A DNA stretch of 64,000 nucleotides from the human T2T-CHM13v2.0 reference genome, Homo sapiens: the NCBI RefSeq assembly GCF_009914755.1, contig NC_060941.1. One strand, 5' to 3'. Positions 43,518-60,914 of this stretch are shown in pieces. Both the position numbers and the translations under genes were made by a program. Numbering within the stretch: position 1 is the first letter of the stretch; every line of letters begins with the position of its first letter. The notes under the pieces were generated by a model, which saw only the letters and a program-made list of their open reading frames with translations, did not search any database and was not told the origin of the DNA.

Positions 43518-43827
43518 GGCTGGGAGCGGTGGCTTATGCCTGTAATTCCAGCACTTTGGGAGGCTGAGGCAGATGGATCACTTGAGGTCAGGAGTTCGAG
43601 ACCAGCCTGGCCAACATGGTGAAACCCCGTCTCTACTGAAAATACAAAATTTAGCCGAGTGTGGTGGCGGGCGCCTGTGGTCCCAGCTACTCGGGAGGCT
43701 GAGGCAGGAGAATGGCATGAACTCGGGAGGCAGAGGGGCAGAGGGTGCAGTGAGCCGAGATTGCACCACTGCACTCCAGCCTGGGCAATAGAGTGAGACT
43801 CAGTCTCAAAAAAAAAAAAAAAAAAAA
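43518..43827 (+). mobile_element. Alu
   Basis: Full dimer with poly-A; CTCTTGA on both flanks. Confidence 0.93.
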
Positions 43828-43979
43828 GGCTCTTGACCAACCAACTCTACTTACACACAACTTGATGTGACAATTCTATTTAGATAATTTCAACCACAGG
43901 GAAACAGCTCAGGAGTTTCCAAGTAAAAAGCCCAATGGGGAAAATCTCCTTTTCAAATTCTCCCACTTTCCGGACAGTC

Positions 43980-44290
43980 CAGTGGTTCTCAAACTTTTGT
44001 CATTGTCAGCATTGCTTGGGGAAGCTTATAGAAGATGGAGGACCCACCCTGCTGCACCCAGCTAGGCCTCTGTGCGCTGTTTCTCCCAGGGTGATCCCGA
44101 TAACACTAGTGTTTGAGATCGTGGCCCAGGTTGTGAGTCCCAGCCCTGGCTGCCATTAGAATTTCCTGGAGACTGTTAAAGCTATTGAGGCCTGGATCCC
44201 ACCCTAGCAAAGCCCCACTGGAATCTTGGGGTGGGGCCTGGGCATTGGAATTTTTAAAATGCGCCTCAGGTGATGCGGTTGTGTGGGCAG
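43980..44290. mobile_element. MER5-family hAT fragments
   Basis: CAGTGGTTCTCAAACTT; GGTGGGGCCTGGGCATTGGAATTTTTAAAAT...CAGGTGATGC. Confidence 0.6.
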
Positions 44291-46726
44291 GTGGAGACTC
44301 ACTGGCTTTGATGGAGACTCTTAGGGAAACTTTAACGAACATGTGGGAATGCTTTGAGGAAGAAGCAAAGGGCGGCATGAGGCACTGAAAGAAATGAGTG
44401 CAGCTGCAGAGGAACCCTCAGATCTGAGTTAGGTTTTGAGGACTTCTATGAAAAAATGGAATTAGAAGTCAAGTAAGCCAGGGTGAGTGGGAGAGCAGCA
44501 CCAGCCTGTTGGTTTTAGAGCAGGGCCAGGAGGGTTAACAGCTTCAGGATATGCCAAGGGCATCAGAAGGGTTCTTGAAGATTTGTTCAGAGCAAGAGGA
44601 ACAAGGGTGCGATCAGCCTGAGGCAGAAGCCAAGCAATACACCATTAACTCAGGGAGGTGGAGGGAAGCAGCGCCTCTCTGTTTTCTGTTGGGCCCCTGG
44701 GCAGCAAGTGTAATCCAACCAGGAGCAAGAGGGAACTGAGGCAGAAACCACAGTCTGCTTTAAATGAAGTCCACCCCTAGGACTTATTTTCCTGGGCACT
44801 TGGGAACCTGGTTATTACCATCACAGGGTGGTTTTATCAGTCAATTGAAGTAGCTAAGAAGGGAGATCAAGGCACCGGACAACCAGAGGGGGCAAAAATT
44901 ATCCCAGCTTTTGGGAAATTAGGAAAACGTGAATTCCAGAAACTATAGTCTGCTAAGGCTGGGCTTCATTTCTAAGAAATTTCCAGAAAGCATTATTAAA
45001 GCAGTTGCTTTGTGAGCACATGTTGAGCCCAGTCTGGGTCAAAGTGATGGCCCCTTCCTATTTTCAGAACAAGGTGTGCCAGGCTAGCCAGGCCTGTTCT
45101 GGTAGGTGGCAGACAGCCGGCCCTTGGCAGAGCTATTGGCAAGGCACTCATGATGTCATCTTCATGTGCTCCCCACAGTGAAGATGGGTCTGGCTCTCAG
45201 GTAAGCCTTCAATAATGTGTTAGTGAAAATCCTGTGGAGAGACGGGGACTGAATGAACTATTGTGTGTCAGAGTTTAAAATTCATCAGCCACCACCAAAG
45301 CAGAGGGGGTGTACGAGGCCTTCTGTTTGGAAGGGTGTCAAAGGGAGTTTGTTGCAAAGTACTGACTGTGGCAAGCACATGGTTCATTTGAGTGCCTGTT
45401 ATCTGAGGCTGGTCTGGGAGGACTGGCAGCGATTGTAGGGTGGAGTCACCTGCCACATCTGCACCAGTGCTGCTGTCATCTTGAGAGTGGACTCGTGTCA
45501 GATGGGAGAAGGCACCTTCGGCGTCTGCCGTTCTGCGTTATGGCATCACCTTGGATAAAGGCACATTACTGGAGACCCAGGTCTGGGGGAGCTGAGCCAG
45601 GATGGATGACCAGCAAGCTTATAAAGAGTGCAGGGGTCAGTGGGACAAGGGAGGTTCCGTGCAATGCAGTGGGTGTAAAGCTTTGTACCTGGTCAGAAGC
45701 CTCCTAGAAATGAAACCCTTGAAGCCTTCCCTTGAGCATTAGGGTCCAGAGTGGCCCTAGTGATCTTTAAGATGATGAAAGCTGATGTTAGAAGTGATGT
45801 TCCCAAGGCCACCCAGCTGCTAAGGGGTAGCTGTGCAAGTACTGACGGGATAGTGTAGGTTTGATGGTATGAAAAGACAGGTTTCAGCTGCTGTCATGCT
45901 CCAGAAGGCTCTATGGAGGTGTGGTAGCCAGCAAGGACAAGGACACCTTGGGCCATAGCAATACAGGTTTGATGCTTAGCCATGCACCTGGACCAACCAG
46001 GCCTCATTGAGATGTTCATGTTCTGTTCTGGGTACCACATTTTATTTTTAGCTTATTTGGTTAAATTAGAAACTAAAGTTGTTTTGGAAGAATATTTTAA
46101 AGTTCTAAAAGTAGCGTTACGACAACTGAAAATTTGGGAGAAATTGAGGAGTACACATTGGAAGAGATGTTGACAAACTTGTGGGTCATTGGGGTGCAGA
46201 GTTATGAGAAATAGGAGGTTTGTGGAGGAAGGATGGCACTCACCACCTTCAGGGATTGGGGCCCTCTGCGAGTAGCGGGGGCAAAGGGTGCTGCTGGGTC
46301 CGGACCCTGACTCTGCCAGGCCTTGCACCAGCCCCTTTACATGGGTTGACTCCAAATCCTTGGCTTTATCAGGAGATCAAGCTTATGTGAAGCTCCAGGA
46401 TGCAGGATTCATAACAAAGGGTATGCAAGTTATGTGATAATGACAATGGCGGATGTTTTTCAAGCCCTTCCTATGTACCAGGCATTGTGCTAGGTTGCAT
46501 GAGCTCCAGGATACAGAATTCAGACCAAAGGCTGTGGGAGTCTGTAACAGTAATTGCTGATGTCTGTCAAGGCCTGAGCCCTTCACTTTGTGCTAAACTC
46601 CTTTCATACATTGTTTCATTTAATCCTTATTGCAGCCCTGTGATGCAGTATTTAGGCTTGTGGTTGCTTTAGAGTCAGGACCTTGACCAAGGCTATATAT
46701 TAGGTCATCAGGAGTTGTCCTAATTT

Positions 46727-47362
<636 letters not shown>

Positions 47363-48664
47363 TAGGAAACATTTCGAGGTAAAGGAATTGAGGGTCAGGT
47401 GGGCTGCTGTAGCAGAGCATGCAGACTTTGCACAAATTACTGAAAGTTGTCCCTCAGGTGGACTGTGCCAGGTACTGGGCTTGGTGGAGATTATGTAGGC
47501 TGGATTGTGCCTCCATGCCTGCCTCCTTGATTGGTACCTTAGCCAAGGGCTCAGACTGCATGACAGCTGATGGCTCTGAAGAGTGAGCAAGGGGCTGAGA
47601 ACTTGGCAGAGCCTTTCAGCTAGGAAATGGCAGAGCTGGAATTCCAAGCCAGGTCTGCTGATTCTGGAGCCAGTTGTCATAAACCACTGTGGAGGGGAGA
47701 AAGCTGTATGCCTGTCAGAAGCATCCGGTGTAGCCTCGACCATCCTGAGGCTTGTCTTTGGAAGTGGTCCTGCGAAGACAAGGTGGCTGTCCATCAACAC
47801 CGCAAGAGGAATCCCCCAGTGGGTGGAGGGAGAGTGGGCTTGATGACCCTGAAGTATCCCCTCCCTGATTCCGAGACCCTGTCTTACATGTGAGGCCATC
47901 TGTCAAAACTTAATGTCTTAAAATATGACATTTTCCCTGTACAATCTTTTCCTTTTGCTAATTTAAAATCGACTCCATCCTCTCCTTCCATTCTCTAGCC
48001 CTTGGTGAAAAGGCAGAGGCCGGCCTCAAGCCACGTGCAGCCTCACAAGTGGTCATTGTAGGCTTGTGGGTGACCTAGTCCCATGTCAGGAGCCCTCCTC
48101 GGGGGCAGGCACTGGTTTTTCATCTTTCTGTGCTTGCTCACACTTGAGCGTCAGCACATTCCAGAACCTACCTCAACCGTAATCACGGCACAGATGTCGT
48201 TTGACTTCAGTTGTTGGGGGCTGGGGTGCAAATGGCAAGAATTCTGCAGCAGCCTTCCAGCGTTGGATTCCTGTCTGGGGCCAGGATGACCTTGGGCCAA
48301 GCGAGTGGCTCCCTTGGCTCTCTGAAAAAGAAATCTCTGCCTGGCTGTTCCCATCACTTCTCACGGACAGTAATGCTAGCAGCTGTGCTGATGGTAACAG
48401 TAACACAGTGAGCCCCAGTTACTGACAGGCAATGCCACTGCTGCCTCACCCTTACCATTTACCATGTGCCTGGGCTGAGTGCTCTAAAGGCATTTGCCTG
48501 TTGAATCCTCACAACGACCCTTTGAGGTGGGTACCAGCATTCTTATATTGCAGATGAGAAAACTGTCTCTTAAGAGAGTTCTGAGTAAGATATTTTGAGG
48601 GAGGAGGGTGATGTCATTATTTTCTTTGCTCTTTAATAAAGAGTATACTTCTTGTAAGTCTAAA

Positions 48665-48885
48665 GCAGAGGTTCTCAACTAGAGGTAATTTTTGTCCTCC
48701 AGGGACATTTGGCAATGTCTGGAGACATTTTTGGTTGTCACAATTTGGAGAGGGAGTTTGCCACCAGCATCTCGTGGGTAGAGGCCAGGGATGCTGTGCT
48801 GTTCAACACCTTGTGATGCACAGGACCTCCTGCAACAAAGAATTATCTGTCCCCAAATGTTAATAGTGCAAGGTTGAGATTCTCT
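48665..48885. mobile_element. MER20 hAT transposon
   Basis: CAGAGGTTCTCAAC...GGGACATTTGGCAATGTCTGGAGACATTTTTGGTTGTCACAA...AAGGTTGAGA. Confidence 0.85.
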
Positions 48886-48891
48886 GATCTA

Positions 48892-48966
48892 GGCCGGGTG
48901 GCTCCTGCCTCTAATCCCAGCACTTTGGGAGGCCGAGGTGGGCAAATCACTTGAGGTCAGAAGTTC
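48892..48966 (+). mobile_element. 3'-deleted Alu remnant between 16-bp direct repeats
   Basis: GAGATTCTCTGATCTA at 48876-48891 and 48967-48982. Confidence 0.85.
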
Positions 48967-49049
48967 GAGATTCTCTGATCTAAAGAGAAGACAAAATCAT
49001 ATTCAGCCTTTTGTCCAGTTTGGTATCGTTAACTCCTGCTCAAATCCTG

Positions 49050-49436
49050 CTTGTGGTCGTTGGTGCAGTTCCCATCTATTTCTGGTTGTCTTTCTACTGA
49101 GCACGTGGAAGCATTGCACTCTCCTACCTTCTTCAGTTAGGTGTGGATGTGTGACTTGTTTTGACCAGTGAACTATGAGCAGAAAGAAACATGACATTAA
49201 AGTGGGGAAACTTTTAGTGCTCATGTGATTTGCCACATTCCTTCCTCCTACCCTCTCGTGCTCCTAGATGGTGGAGGCGCCGTCAGCCTAGTCCTGGTGT
49301 AAGGAGGTGCGGGTCGGAGCTCCTAGTCAACTCACGATGAACACGTAGTATGAATGAGAGGTAACCTCTGTTGTTTATACTACTGGGATTTGGGAGTTGT
49401 TTGTTACCATGGCATAGCCTATGCAATCCTGACAGA
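49050..49436. mobile_element. MLT1-type MaLR LTR
   Basis: ATGTGACTTGTTTTGACCAGTGAA; CTGGGATTTGGGAGTTGTTTGTTACCATGGCATAGCCTA. Confidence 0.6.
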
Positions 49437-50989
49437 TGTACTCTAAGAAGAACAAAACAAGAAGTTGGCATTTGGATTAGGCAGGTGGGTATCTGGATAC
49501 TGTGGATAAAAGCCCAAGCATCCAGTATTTTATGGGTTGTTTCCTATAGTGAAGATGTTGTGCTTGGCCCCGTGGGAAGTATAGAGACCCTGGCAGGTTG
49601 CTTCATAGAAGAAATGGAAGGGAGTTTAAAAGATGAGTCTCTGAGGTCTGGAGAGGTTTAATGACTTACCCAAACATCTGTGAAGGCACCTGCCGGGATC
49701 CAGCAGCTGTGCCCAGCCTGGCTCTGTGAGGCTGGTCCGCAGTCAGCCGGCCATTCTTACCCACCTCAGTCAGTGGTTTCAACTCAGTTGCAGGTCTGTG
49801 AATATTTCCAGGGCAAAGTCTGTCTTTACCTTCCCAGGGCCTCTCGCAGGCTGTGGCACAGTCACGTTTGTTGAGTGAGTTGGGATATGGGGGGGAGAAG
49901 GCAGACAGTGAGCAGTGCCATGATGGGGTGCAGCTGTGGGGTTTGAGGGTTCCGGGGAAAGAGATGACCTGAGGAGGCCGGCAGAGACCCTGGAGCCTGC
50001 TTGAAGGGTGGGTACAGACGGGGATGGGGCCTGGGCAGGGAGAAGGGCTGGACATTTCTCACTTCTCTCTGAGTTTCACATGGGCAGGAAGCACCGCAGT
50101 CCTGAGGGACTCCATGAGGGAGGAGCACTGTGGCGGGGGGATGCCTTCCCTGAGAGGACATCCCTGCCGCCATCTGCCTGAGCAGATGCTGCCTTACCTG
50201 AGTAGCACGTGCCCTTGGGAGGGCTGCTCCTTTGCAGGAAGTGCACTGAAGGCTCATGAATTATGCTCATCTCCTTCAGCGGCTTGGAGAATAATGATTT
50301 AGTGCCAGGAGCCGGCTTATCCTGGCCCAGAGCCAGAGCTGTTCCCAGCAGCACAGAGCAAAGTCAGCTTGACTTACACTCCCAGGTGCCTCAGTGTTCC
50401 TGTCTATAAAACGGGCATAATCTGGAAAGCTCTGCCTGTCTTCCACTAAGGTAAGCATGTGGGAGGGCTCTGTCCCATAAAGCCAGGGAAAGATGCCCTT
50501 ATGGGTCAGAAAGGGATGGTTCAGATCTTCAGGGAACTCTTACCTTGAGAGGGATTGGGACGGGAGCCCTGGGACAGCTCTGATAGCACCTGTGGAATCA
50601 GTACCTGCTGACTATGGCCACGGGCTATGACACTTCAGGAGGATAGTCCGTTTGAATCCTCTGGGAGCTGGCCAGTGAGAGGGAGCTGTTCTCTCACCTC
50701 CTGGTTCTGGGTGCTCCCAGACCGAGGGGTTGACCTGAACTCGTTGTGGGCTCTACAGTGCAACCCGTTTGCCCCTGAGATGGCCATCCCCCAGGGTCCA
50801 CAGGCCTGCGCATGCATGCTTCCTGTGACTCTGCCCCTTCTCTGTCCTCATTAACCCAGGAGGGATTAGTTCTTCATCCAAGAAGGTGCCTGCCTGCAGT
50901 CTCCACCTGAGCTGGGTGATTTGCTCGGATGCAGGCAGCAGAGGTTTGTTATTAGTGCTCTAAGAGAGGCAATACGGCAAACAGCCCTG

Positions 50990-51220
50990 CTCTGGAGCCA
51001 GACTGCTTGGGTTTGAATCCCAGCTTTGCCACTCCCTGGCTGTGTGGTCTTGAGCAAGCTGCGATCTCCCTGTGATTCAGTTGCTTTATCAGTAAAATGG
51101 GGATGGTAGCAGTATCTCCCTCAGGAGAGTTATTGTGCGTCTTAAATAAGTTAGTGTAATTACCATAGGCAGAATGCTTATACCAGTGCTGGCATATCAT
51201 ACACATGTTTGCTGTTAATA
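50990..51220 (+). mobile_element. MIR
   Basis: GAGCCAGACTGCTTGGGTTTGAATCCCAGCT...AGTAAAATGGGGATG. Confidence 0.8.
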
Positions 51221-52435
51221 TTTTTTGTTGATGTTTCTTCCATTTTGTACCAGGTATTGGTGTCACCAAGGGGTTGCCATCAACCATGCTTCCAGTTGGT
51301 TCTTTGATAGAAACAGTGTATGTGTTTTCAATCTTACTTGAAGCACCGTGGTTCTAGTCTCAGCCCACCCACTATGGGGGAGCATGGGGCATCAGACCTC
51401 AGGGGTGACCAGGATGGCTTGTGCATAGTTGATGTTCTTGGTACTTTTCTCATTTTTTTCTTTTCCTAGAAGATAGCCTTTAAAAAACGATGCATTGCCT
51501 ACACACCATAAGAATGTAAAAACAACTGGTTCAGGGCCCCCACCTAACCAAACTTTTCATATTTCTATGCTCCCTCTTTGTCCTTGTCTGCAGGTGGATA
51601 TGTATCTGATTCACCTCCTCTGCCCCAAAAACACCACGGGAAGGCAATAGTGTAGTAATAAGGTCGGTTTTGGGTTTTGGAGTCTGAGGGGCTTTGGCTC
51701 AGTGTGGCCTTGGCCCCTTGCTGGCTGGACCATCTTGCTTAAGTGAATTTTAGTTTGAGGAACCTCACCCTCACTTTCTCTCGTAGCATGGGAATAATAC
51801 TACCCTAACTCATGACTCCACTGCAATAATTACAAGAGGTAGTTTAGGTAAACATTCTAGCTCGATGTGGTTGTTTAACAAAGCGTAGTTTTTATTATTA
51901 GTTGTAGATGTTCACTGTAGAGTTTTTAAGCACTGCCTGATACTCGATTATGTGGATGTAGTTGGATTTGTCCAACCTGTGTCTGGGGTTGCACATTTCG
52001 GTGATTTCCACCTCCCCTTCTTGGTCATCTCTGGAGAGAGCAGACTTGCGGGCCGGCAGCTGGGAGTCCCCTGGAGTCTTCCCTTTGCAGTTGGTAACTT
52101 GGTGTTCTTGGGGATTTGTCCAGCCTTTATCTCCCATCTCCCCCTCCCACCCCCTCCTCCCACCCCCAAGCTGCATTTTTCTGTGGTGCGAGTGTTGGTT
52201 CAGCTCCCTAGGGGATGCTTTGGGCTCCGCAGGTGTCATGAGTCATGGAAACCCCCAGCCCTGCCCAAGCCTGAGGAAGACCGAGGGGAAAGCTTTTTCA
52301 TAGCCTGACAAACAGGTATTTCCTGTCAGCCCCCAGCTGTCAGAGAAGTTGGTCCCTCTGGTAATTCAGAGAGAAGAGCCGCACACATGCCAGCCTCCCA
52401 CCCCTCAAATCTCGGGATCTGATGAAAAAGGTCAG

Positions 52436-53400
<965 letters not shown>

Positions 53401-54169
53401 TCTAGAGCGTGTAGCCTGGCAGCTGCTGTCCTGCCCTAGAAGGGGCTATCTTGGCTTCAGAGGGGAGAAATGAAACCCATCTGGGTACCTCCCTAATCTC
53501 CCACGTGCCCCCAGTCTCCTGCTCCCCAACCTGCCACCTTGATTACAAAGGAGCAAGTGCCCTGGGCAGTGTTCACTGTGGCAGCCACCCTGCTAATACA
53601 TTACTCTGGGGTCTTGGGTCAGCAAGTTAGGTTACTGAGGGAGCTTCTGTTGGGGTGGAGTGGCTTGTTAGGGTGGACTTTGGAGGCGTGGACATGGGTT
53701 TGAATGTGTCTAACTGGACAGAGGAAGCCATGAGCCCTGTGTGGAATCCTGGCTCTGAGCAGTTAGAATAATGGTTATCATTGACTGGGTGCCTATGGCC
53801 TGCCAAGCCCTATGCTGGGAACTTTTATCATCCCTCTGAATCCTCCCACTGACCTGGAAGGTGCTGTGATGTCCATTTTGCAGATGAGGATCATCAAGGG
53901 CCTAAGTTGTAACATACTAGCCTGGAGTCCTGCTATTTGTAAGTGGCAGGAGCTTGTAGTGAAGCCCCTCTCTGACTCAAGATCATGCTCTTTGCCCCAC
54001 ATCACTCCTCTCTGGGCTTATTGCCTCTTCTCTCCAACCCTCAGTTTCCTGATGAAAACAAAGGGGACTGGACACTTGCTCACAGGAGGTGCAGGAAGGG
54101 CAGGGACAAACACAGGCTTGAGATTCAGCCTGTCTTCACTGGGCCCTCTTTCCTAGGTTTGGGCCTGAA

Positions 54170-54495
<326 letters not shown>

Positions 54496-54504
54496 TGGGC
54501 CTGA

Positions 54505-55394
<890 letters not shown>

Positions 55395-57886
55395 TTAATC
55401 TCCTTACCTAGAGGTGGGCAGACTTGGCTCAGAGGTAGTGGAGTTCATCATATAATCCTAGTTTTGGGGGCCTGAGGAGGGTAGTACCCTAAGTGCCAGC
55501 ACTTCACCTTGTCCCTCCTCTTGGCACTTGGGAACTGGGGAATCTCTCTCTTCACACAAGTTCACCTGGGCCCTGCCTCAAAGCTTGCTGCACCTTGTCC
55601 GGAGAGAACCTTTCTGGTTTTCCCTTTTTCCATGGACTTCTGATCCTTTCTTCTGAGGGCCGTGAGTTGTGGCAGAACCAAGACTCTGGAAAAACCATCC
55701 CTGATTAGACTGGGAAGGTGGCGGTGCTGCCCCACCAGGGCTCTTCCTGACCGTGGTTATCCCAGTGACCTCTGGCACGTCACTTCACCTCAATGAGCCT
55801 CAGTTTCCCTCATCTCTAAAAGGGAGTGTTGGTGGTGATAAAACTTATTCACTGAAGAGTTATAAGGACCGAGTGAGTAGACGTAAAAAGGCTTGGTTGC
55901 CAATAAAGCATGAGGTACCAGCATGAGTGGTCATTTTGTGTAGTTTAATGGATGGTTTTTAGACACGATGAAATTGGAAAGAGTGTGGGAGCTAGAGAGA
56001 AATCTAAGTCCTAACACCGAAGAGCTGAGTGGCCTTAGCTTAAGGTAATTTAGGTAACTTAACCTCCCCAAGCCTCAGTGCCATCGTCTGTGAAATAGGG
56101 CATTTGAGAGGATTTGAGTGAGGCTGCACTGCCGTCCGTTCAGAGCAGATGCTCTCTTGCTGGTTCATTTTTCCAAATGCATGGGTTGGGGGTATGATGT
56201 GCTTGGCAGAAGCCTACCAAGAATGCTTATCTAATGTCTTTTAAAAGTGTACAGATAACCATTTCCTGGCTCAATTCTCTGCAGCAAATGCACTTTGATC
56301 CTCCTCTGAGCATCCCGCATTGCCTGCCAGGCACCCTTCTGAGCCAGAGTTATCTTGGTATGGAGCGCCGTACCACCCAGGAGCCATGTAGCATGTTCCC
56401 CATTCCTTGATTCTCACAACTGTCTTGAGAGCAGGGAGAAAGCTATTATCCCCATCTGAGAAGACAGAGTCTCAGAAGGTGGGGATGAGCCTGCCTGTGC
56501 ACACTGCACACAGCTCTTGGAAAAACAGTCTAGAAGCTCTAAAAACACCTTTTCTGTCCACTTCCTCTGCTGTTTACTTCTTTCTTAGGAAAAAAGTGAG
56601 AAGGGTGAGGAGTTTCCTGGCTAGAGATTCTAGTGCATCTTGCTCCTGCAGAATGTTTGGCTGTGAAGAGGTAGGCCAAGAAACGTGGGGACGCCTGGCT
56701 GGGGCTGGAACACTGGCAGGCAGCTGACTGGACTGTCATGACATCTCAGAGCCAGAAGCCTCTTACCTTTCTTCCAGTCTGAGTGCTCTGGAGGTGCACT
56801 TGCTCACCAGTGTGGAGAGGTAGAAGGCTGGGAGAGTGTGGAGGGTGGGTGCTGCTGCGCATTGAGGGCTGTCTGTACTTGGCTGGGAAGAAACTGAACA
56901 GTGCCAGAAGGTAGGGAGGGGGAGCATTGTTGGTCACTTGGAATCTGGAACTGAGAAAGACAAGAAAACAGCCTGCTCTCTGGAGCAGTTAGACCCCACT
57001 CAGGAGGGGCCTGTGGAGCGTTGGGCCAAGTTTCCTGCAGGACCTGGGGCGAGGTGGGAGTGGGATGCTTCTGGGCTGGCAGGGCTGGGCTGTGGCTCCA
57101 TGGCTGAGGTATCTGCATAGGGAGAATGTGTGATTTAGAGGCAGCTTGGTCAGCTTAGGAAATGGAGGTTCCTGAGGCAAACCTTTTCAGTGCCCAAGCA
57201 GGGTTGCCTAGGTGAGGGGGCTCTCAGGGTCAGACTCCTCTGCATCCCGTCTCACCGGCGAGACCGTTGGTGTGATGAGCTGCAAGCATCCAGGTTTGTT
57301 TGCTTCCTGCCACACGTGGCAATTCTTAAAACTAGTTTTTGGTGTTAGGATAAGCACACCCGACAAACATCTGCTGAAGTGTAAGCTTGCTCATCAGGGA
57401 GAATACTCTGATTGATGTGGACTTTCTAGGATAGCAGAGCCCAAGTGGCTTTGTGCAATTGATAGTAGTCATGTGTATGTTAAGTTAGCTTGAGCCGACT
57501 CTTCAGGGCTGGAGTAGACCAGATCCTGAACCCCTTATCCCCTCATCAAGGTCCTGGTGTGTCTCTAGCCTTTGTTTTGATGACCCCAGCAAAATTCCCT
57601 GCTCTTTCTCCCTGTAGTGACTTCTTTGTTGCTTTCTGAGCTAGGTTAGGTTTCCATCACTAATCTGTGGAGAAAATGTGTATATCCCAAGCCATTTCCT
57701 CCTTCAGAGGAGCTTATGATTTTGGCTTGGAAAATAGAGATGAATATACTCGAAGCATCCAGGGAAGGATGAATTGCTGTACCCTTGCCAGTTTCCAGTG
57801 GAACATAAATGTGAGCATTTCTTCTCTGAAGAGGAGGATTCCAGGCATCCTGGAGGGGTGATAAAGTGGCATAGGATTCAGGTTCA

Positions 57887-59000
<1,114 letters not shown>

Positions 59001-59828
59001 TGCATCTCATCCCATCTTCATATTAACCTTGTAAGCCGATGGGGAGAGTGGCTCACCTTAGCAAGGGTGTGTCTGCTGGGACCCCAGGGAAGCTTTGCTT
59101 ACTGTCCTATGTCTATACCCCTTGGGTTGTCTCTGAGCTTCTCTTGGGGACGCATCGTTTTCCAGGTGTTGTGAGGAATTACAGCAGTAAAGCTTGCTTG
59201 ATGCTTATGTTTAACCCCTGCAAGGCAGAATACGGGAGTTGCATGTAGCCAGTGTCGGGGGCTGGTGAAGAAGGGTGTAGGGCTGTGTTGGGGCACAGCC
59301 TGCTCATCACACAGGTCCTCCAGAGTGGACCTGAACGCTCAACCCCTTTAATCTTTGGTGTCTGCCTGCAGTGTTTCCTCCCAAGTGGGTTTGGTGCCCT
59401 TCCAGCATATTGAGTGGAGAATCGTCGGAAAGGCTGAGGCTTCAGCCGAGTCTCCAGGCCACTGCTTGCGGTGCAGCTAAGCTCTTAATGTGTTTTCATA
59501 ATCAAAGCAGAAAGGTCCCATTGTGGCGCTAACGCCTTTGCCATAAAGCACTTTTTGTTTCCTAACAAAATTCCAAGTCTCAAAAGCAAGTCAGCTTAGC
59601 AAAAACACAATACCAATGAATGGCCATTTGCCACTTGCAACAGCTAGGCAAGCTCCCAGTAAATAACACTCGGTCAGCCTGTGTTTTATTGGGGCACCCC
59701 AAAGACATGAAAATACTTTGCAGGCTACTTGGAGGAAAACAGTAAGATATTAGGAGTCATATTTATCACCGGGGAATTATAACCTGATATTAAGGTGCCA
59801 GTTAGGGTTTGCTTGGCTATATATTTCA

Positions 59829-60156
<328 letters not shown>

Positions 60157-60684
60157 TAACACTGGAAGTAAGGGATTATTTTTCTTATGAAACAAAAAGC
60201 CCAGAGGCTGACAGTCTTACGGCTCCACGTTGCTGCCTCCTGTCTTTTTGCTTTATCATCTTCAGCACAAAGCCTCATACTCCCAAGATGGCTGCTATAT
60301 CTCCAGGTTTCACATTTGCATTTCAGGTAGGAAGGTGGCTTTTGTCAACTGCCTCTTATCCATTTTAATGAGGAAAACTAACTTTCTGGAAGTACCAAGC
60401 AATAGGCTTTCCCTTACATTTCACTGGTTAGAACTGGATCACATGGCAACCACTGGTTGTCAGGGTGGCTGGGAGCTGAGCACATTGTTATTTGAACAAA
60501 ATCAGGGATTCCCGAGGTTAAGGAAGGAAAAGGAGGATGGACATGGGGAGGCAGCTAACAGCAGGTGCCATGATTCACTGGATAAAATAGATAGGAAACA
60601 AGCTGTTTCATAGAAAGCGAATTTATATTCAGTAACTGAAACATTCTTGTAAGCACTAAAATGTATTTTAATCATTTTAATTGC

Positions 60685-60914
60685 AGTCATGTGCCGCATT
60701 GTCAACAACAGACCACGTGTATGACAGTAATCCCATAAGATTATAGTACTGTATTTTTGCTGTACCTTTTCTGTGTTCTGATATGTTTAGATTTGTCTTA
60801 CAAATGTATTACAGTTGCCTACCATACTCATTACTCTGATGTTCACACAAAGCCAAAATCACCTAAGGACATGTTTCTCAGAACGTATTTCTGTCGTTAC
60901 ACGCCGCATGACTG
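60685..60914. mobile_element. Tigger3/MER7-type DNA transposon
   Basis: Terminal inverted repeats CAGTCATG ... CATGACTG; TTTCTCAGAACGTAT subterminal motif. Confidence 0.75.
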
